Assembly (NCBI RefSeq): GCF_020745735.1
Contig: NC_083417.1
Location: 64,294,001-64,358,000, forward strand
Length of the DNA stretch: 64,000 bases
Source: Hemiscyllium ocellatum
Taxonomy: Eukaryota
Direction of reading: 5' to 3'
Shown here piece after piece: positions 63,225 to 64,000 of this stretch. How positions within the stretch are numbered: position 1 is the first letter of the stretch; each line of letters opens with the position of its first letter. The notes beneath the pieces were generated by a model. It was not told the DNA's origin, did not search any database, and saw only the letters and a list, made by a program, of their open reading frames with translations. The position numbers and the translations under genes are program-made.

Positions 63225-64000
63225 CTGAGGTGTAGAAAACAAACATTGTTGTTACTGGATTTTGGTATGAAAATTAAATATAATTCGAGTTTATACTGGG
63301 CAGTTTTATGATTAGAACACCATTCGAAAGGGATACTTCTGTCATTTTAATGTTTCTCACATCATCTGCACCTATGAATTCAACATAAACACCAGCATGC
63401 GATGAATTTCATGACAGCTGCATTTTCCTATCTGCTATCAATTCTGAACAGGGATCGCTGGAGTCAATATTTTAATTGTTTTCTCTACATCGACACTGCT
63501 GGACTTTCTGAGTTACTCCAGCAACTTCTGCTTTTGCTTCAGATTTCCAGCAAGCATAATTCTTTGTTTTAAATTTTGATAGCATCAAAATGGGCCAACT
63601 GGGAGAAGCACATTATTATAGATGATTTTCAATTACCATATGTTTGCAGTTTGTCCAGAATTTCCTCAATCGAGTACATATTACATAATTTACATAATAA
63701 GTATGTTATGTTTGGAGTTCTAATCAATCTGATTAAACTTCATTTGTTTTCGAGTTTTTTGAAGATTTGTAGCTCAGATTGAATTTCTGGATGTAGGTTT
63801 GCTCGCTGAGCTGGAAGGTTCGTTTTCATTTGTTTGTAGTGCTCTGAGTCCGGCTTTATTTGTCAACCACGACAGCACGGAAGATGAAAGTGCAATTTGT
63901 CTGAAAATGTGCTGATAGTCATGCTTTTACTGACAAAAAAAAACGCAACACAATAATCACAAAAGCAAAACATAGTACAGCGATTGCTGGAAATCTGAAA

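Larger units (their letters stand above)
49545..64000 (+). repeat. Segmental duplicate of about 1530-14165
   Basis: Collinear non-repeat sequence (e.g. 3230-4110 vs 52230-53110, 6200-9615 vs 59490-62925, 13081-14165 vs 62956-64000). Both copies share a CR1 internal deletion junction (about 2125 and 50130). Confidence 0.92.

Noticed and set aside
1-64000. CRISPR array or prokaryotic operon
   Set aside because: No repeat-spacer array. The content is spliceosomal genes and vertebrate retroelements.

Overview
Vertebrate genomic DNA, most likely an elasmobranch (shark or ray). The basis is HE1/V-SINE-type tRNA SINEs, dense CR1 LINEs and Penelope-like fragments. Hidden among the repeats is a small cluster of immunoglobulin-superfamily receptor genes on the minus strand. 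(1) One apparently intact six-exon gene lies at 41225-45806: signal peptide, a germline-joined VJ-type V domain, a C1-set domain, an uncharged TM segment and a tail with two tyrosine motifs (VQYTAV, STYAEV). It looks like a non-rearranging, antigen-receptor-like inhibitory receptor. (2) A complete six-exon pseudogene paralog lies at 9695-14857, with ETS and CRE promoter motifs at matching spacing. (3) A third, partial copy (C1 exon, 62956-63224) sits in a diverged segmental duplicate: about 1530-14165 recurs at about 49545-64000. The duplicate copy has gained a Penelope-like insertion with a 13-bp TSD and a full-length CR1 (53865-58164) with intact ORF1 and ORF2. That CR1 has a candidate -1 frameshift site (G GGT TTA AAC TAA) at the ORF1/ORF2 junction and intron-like segments in its 5' UTR. 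Several Penelope-derived repeats carry minimal hammerhead ribozyme cores. Exon structures were read by hand. Repeat boundaries are approximate and identities were not computed.
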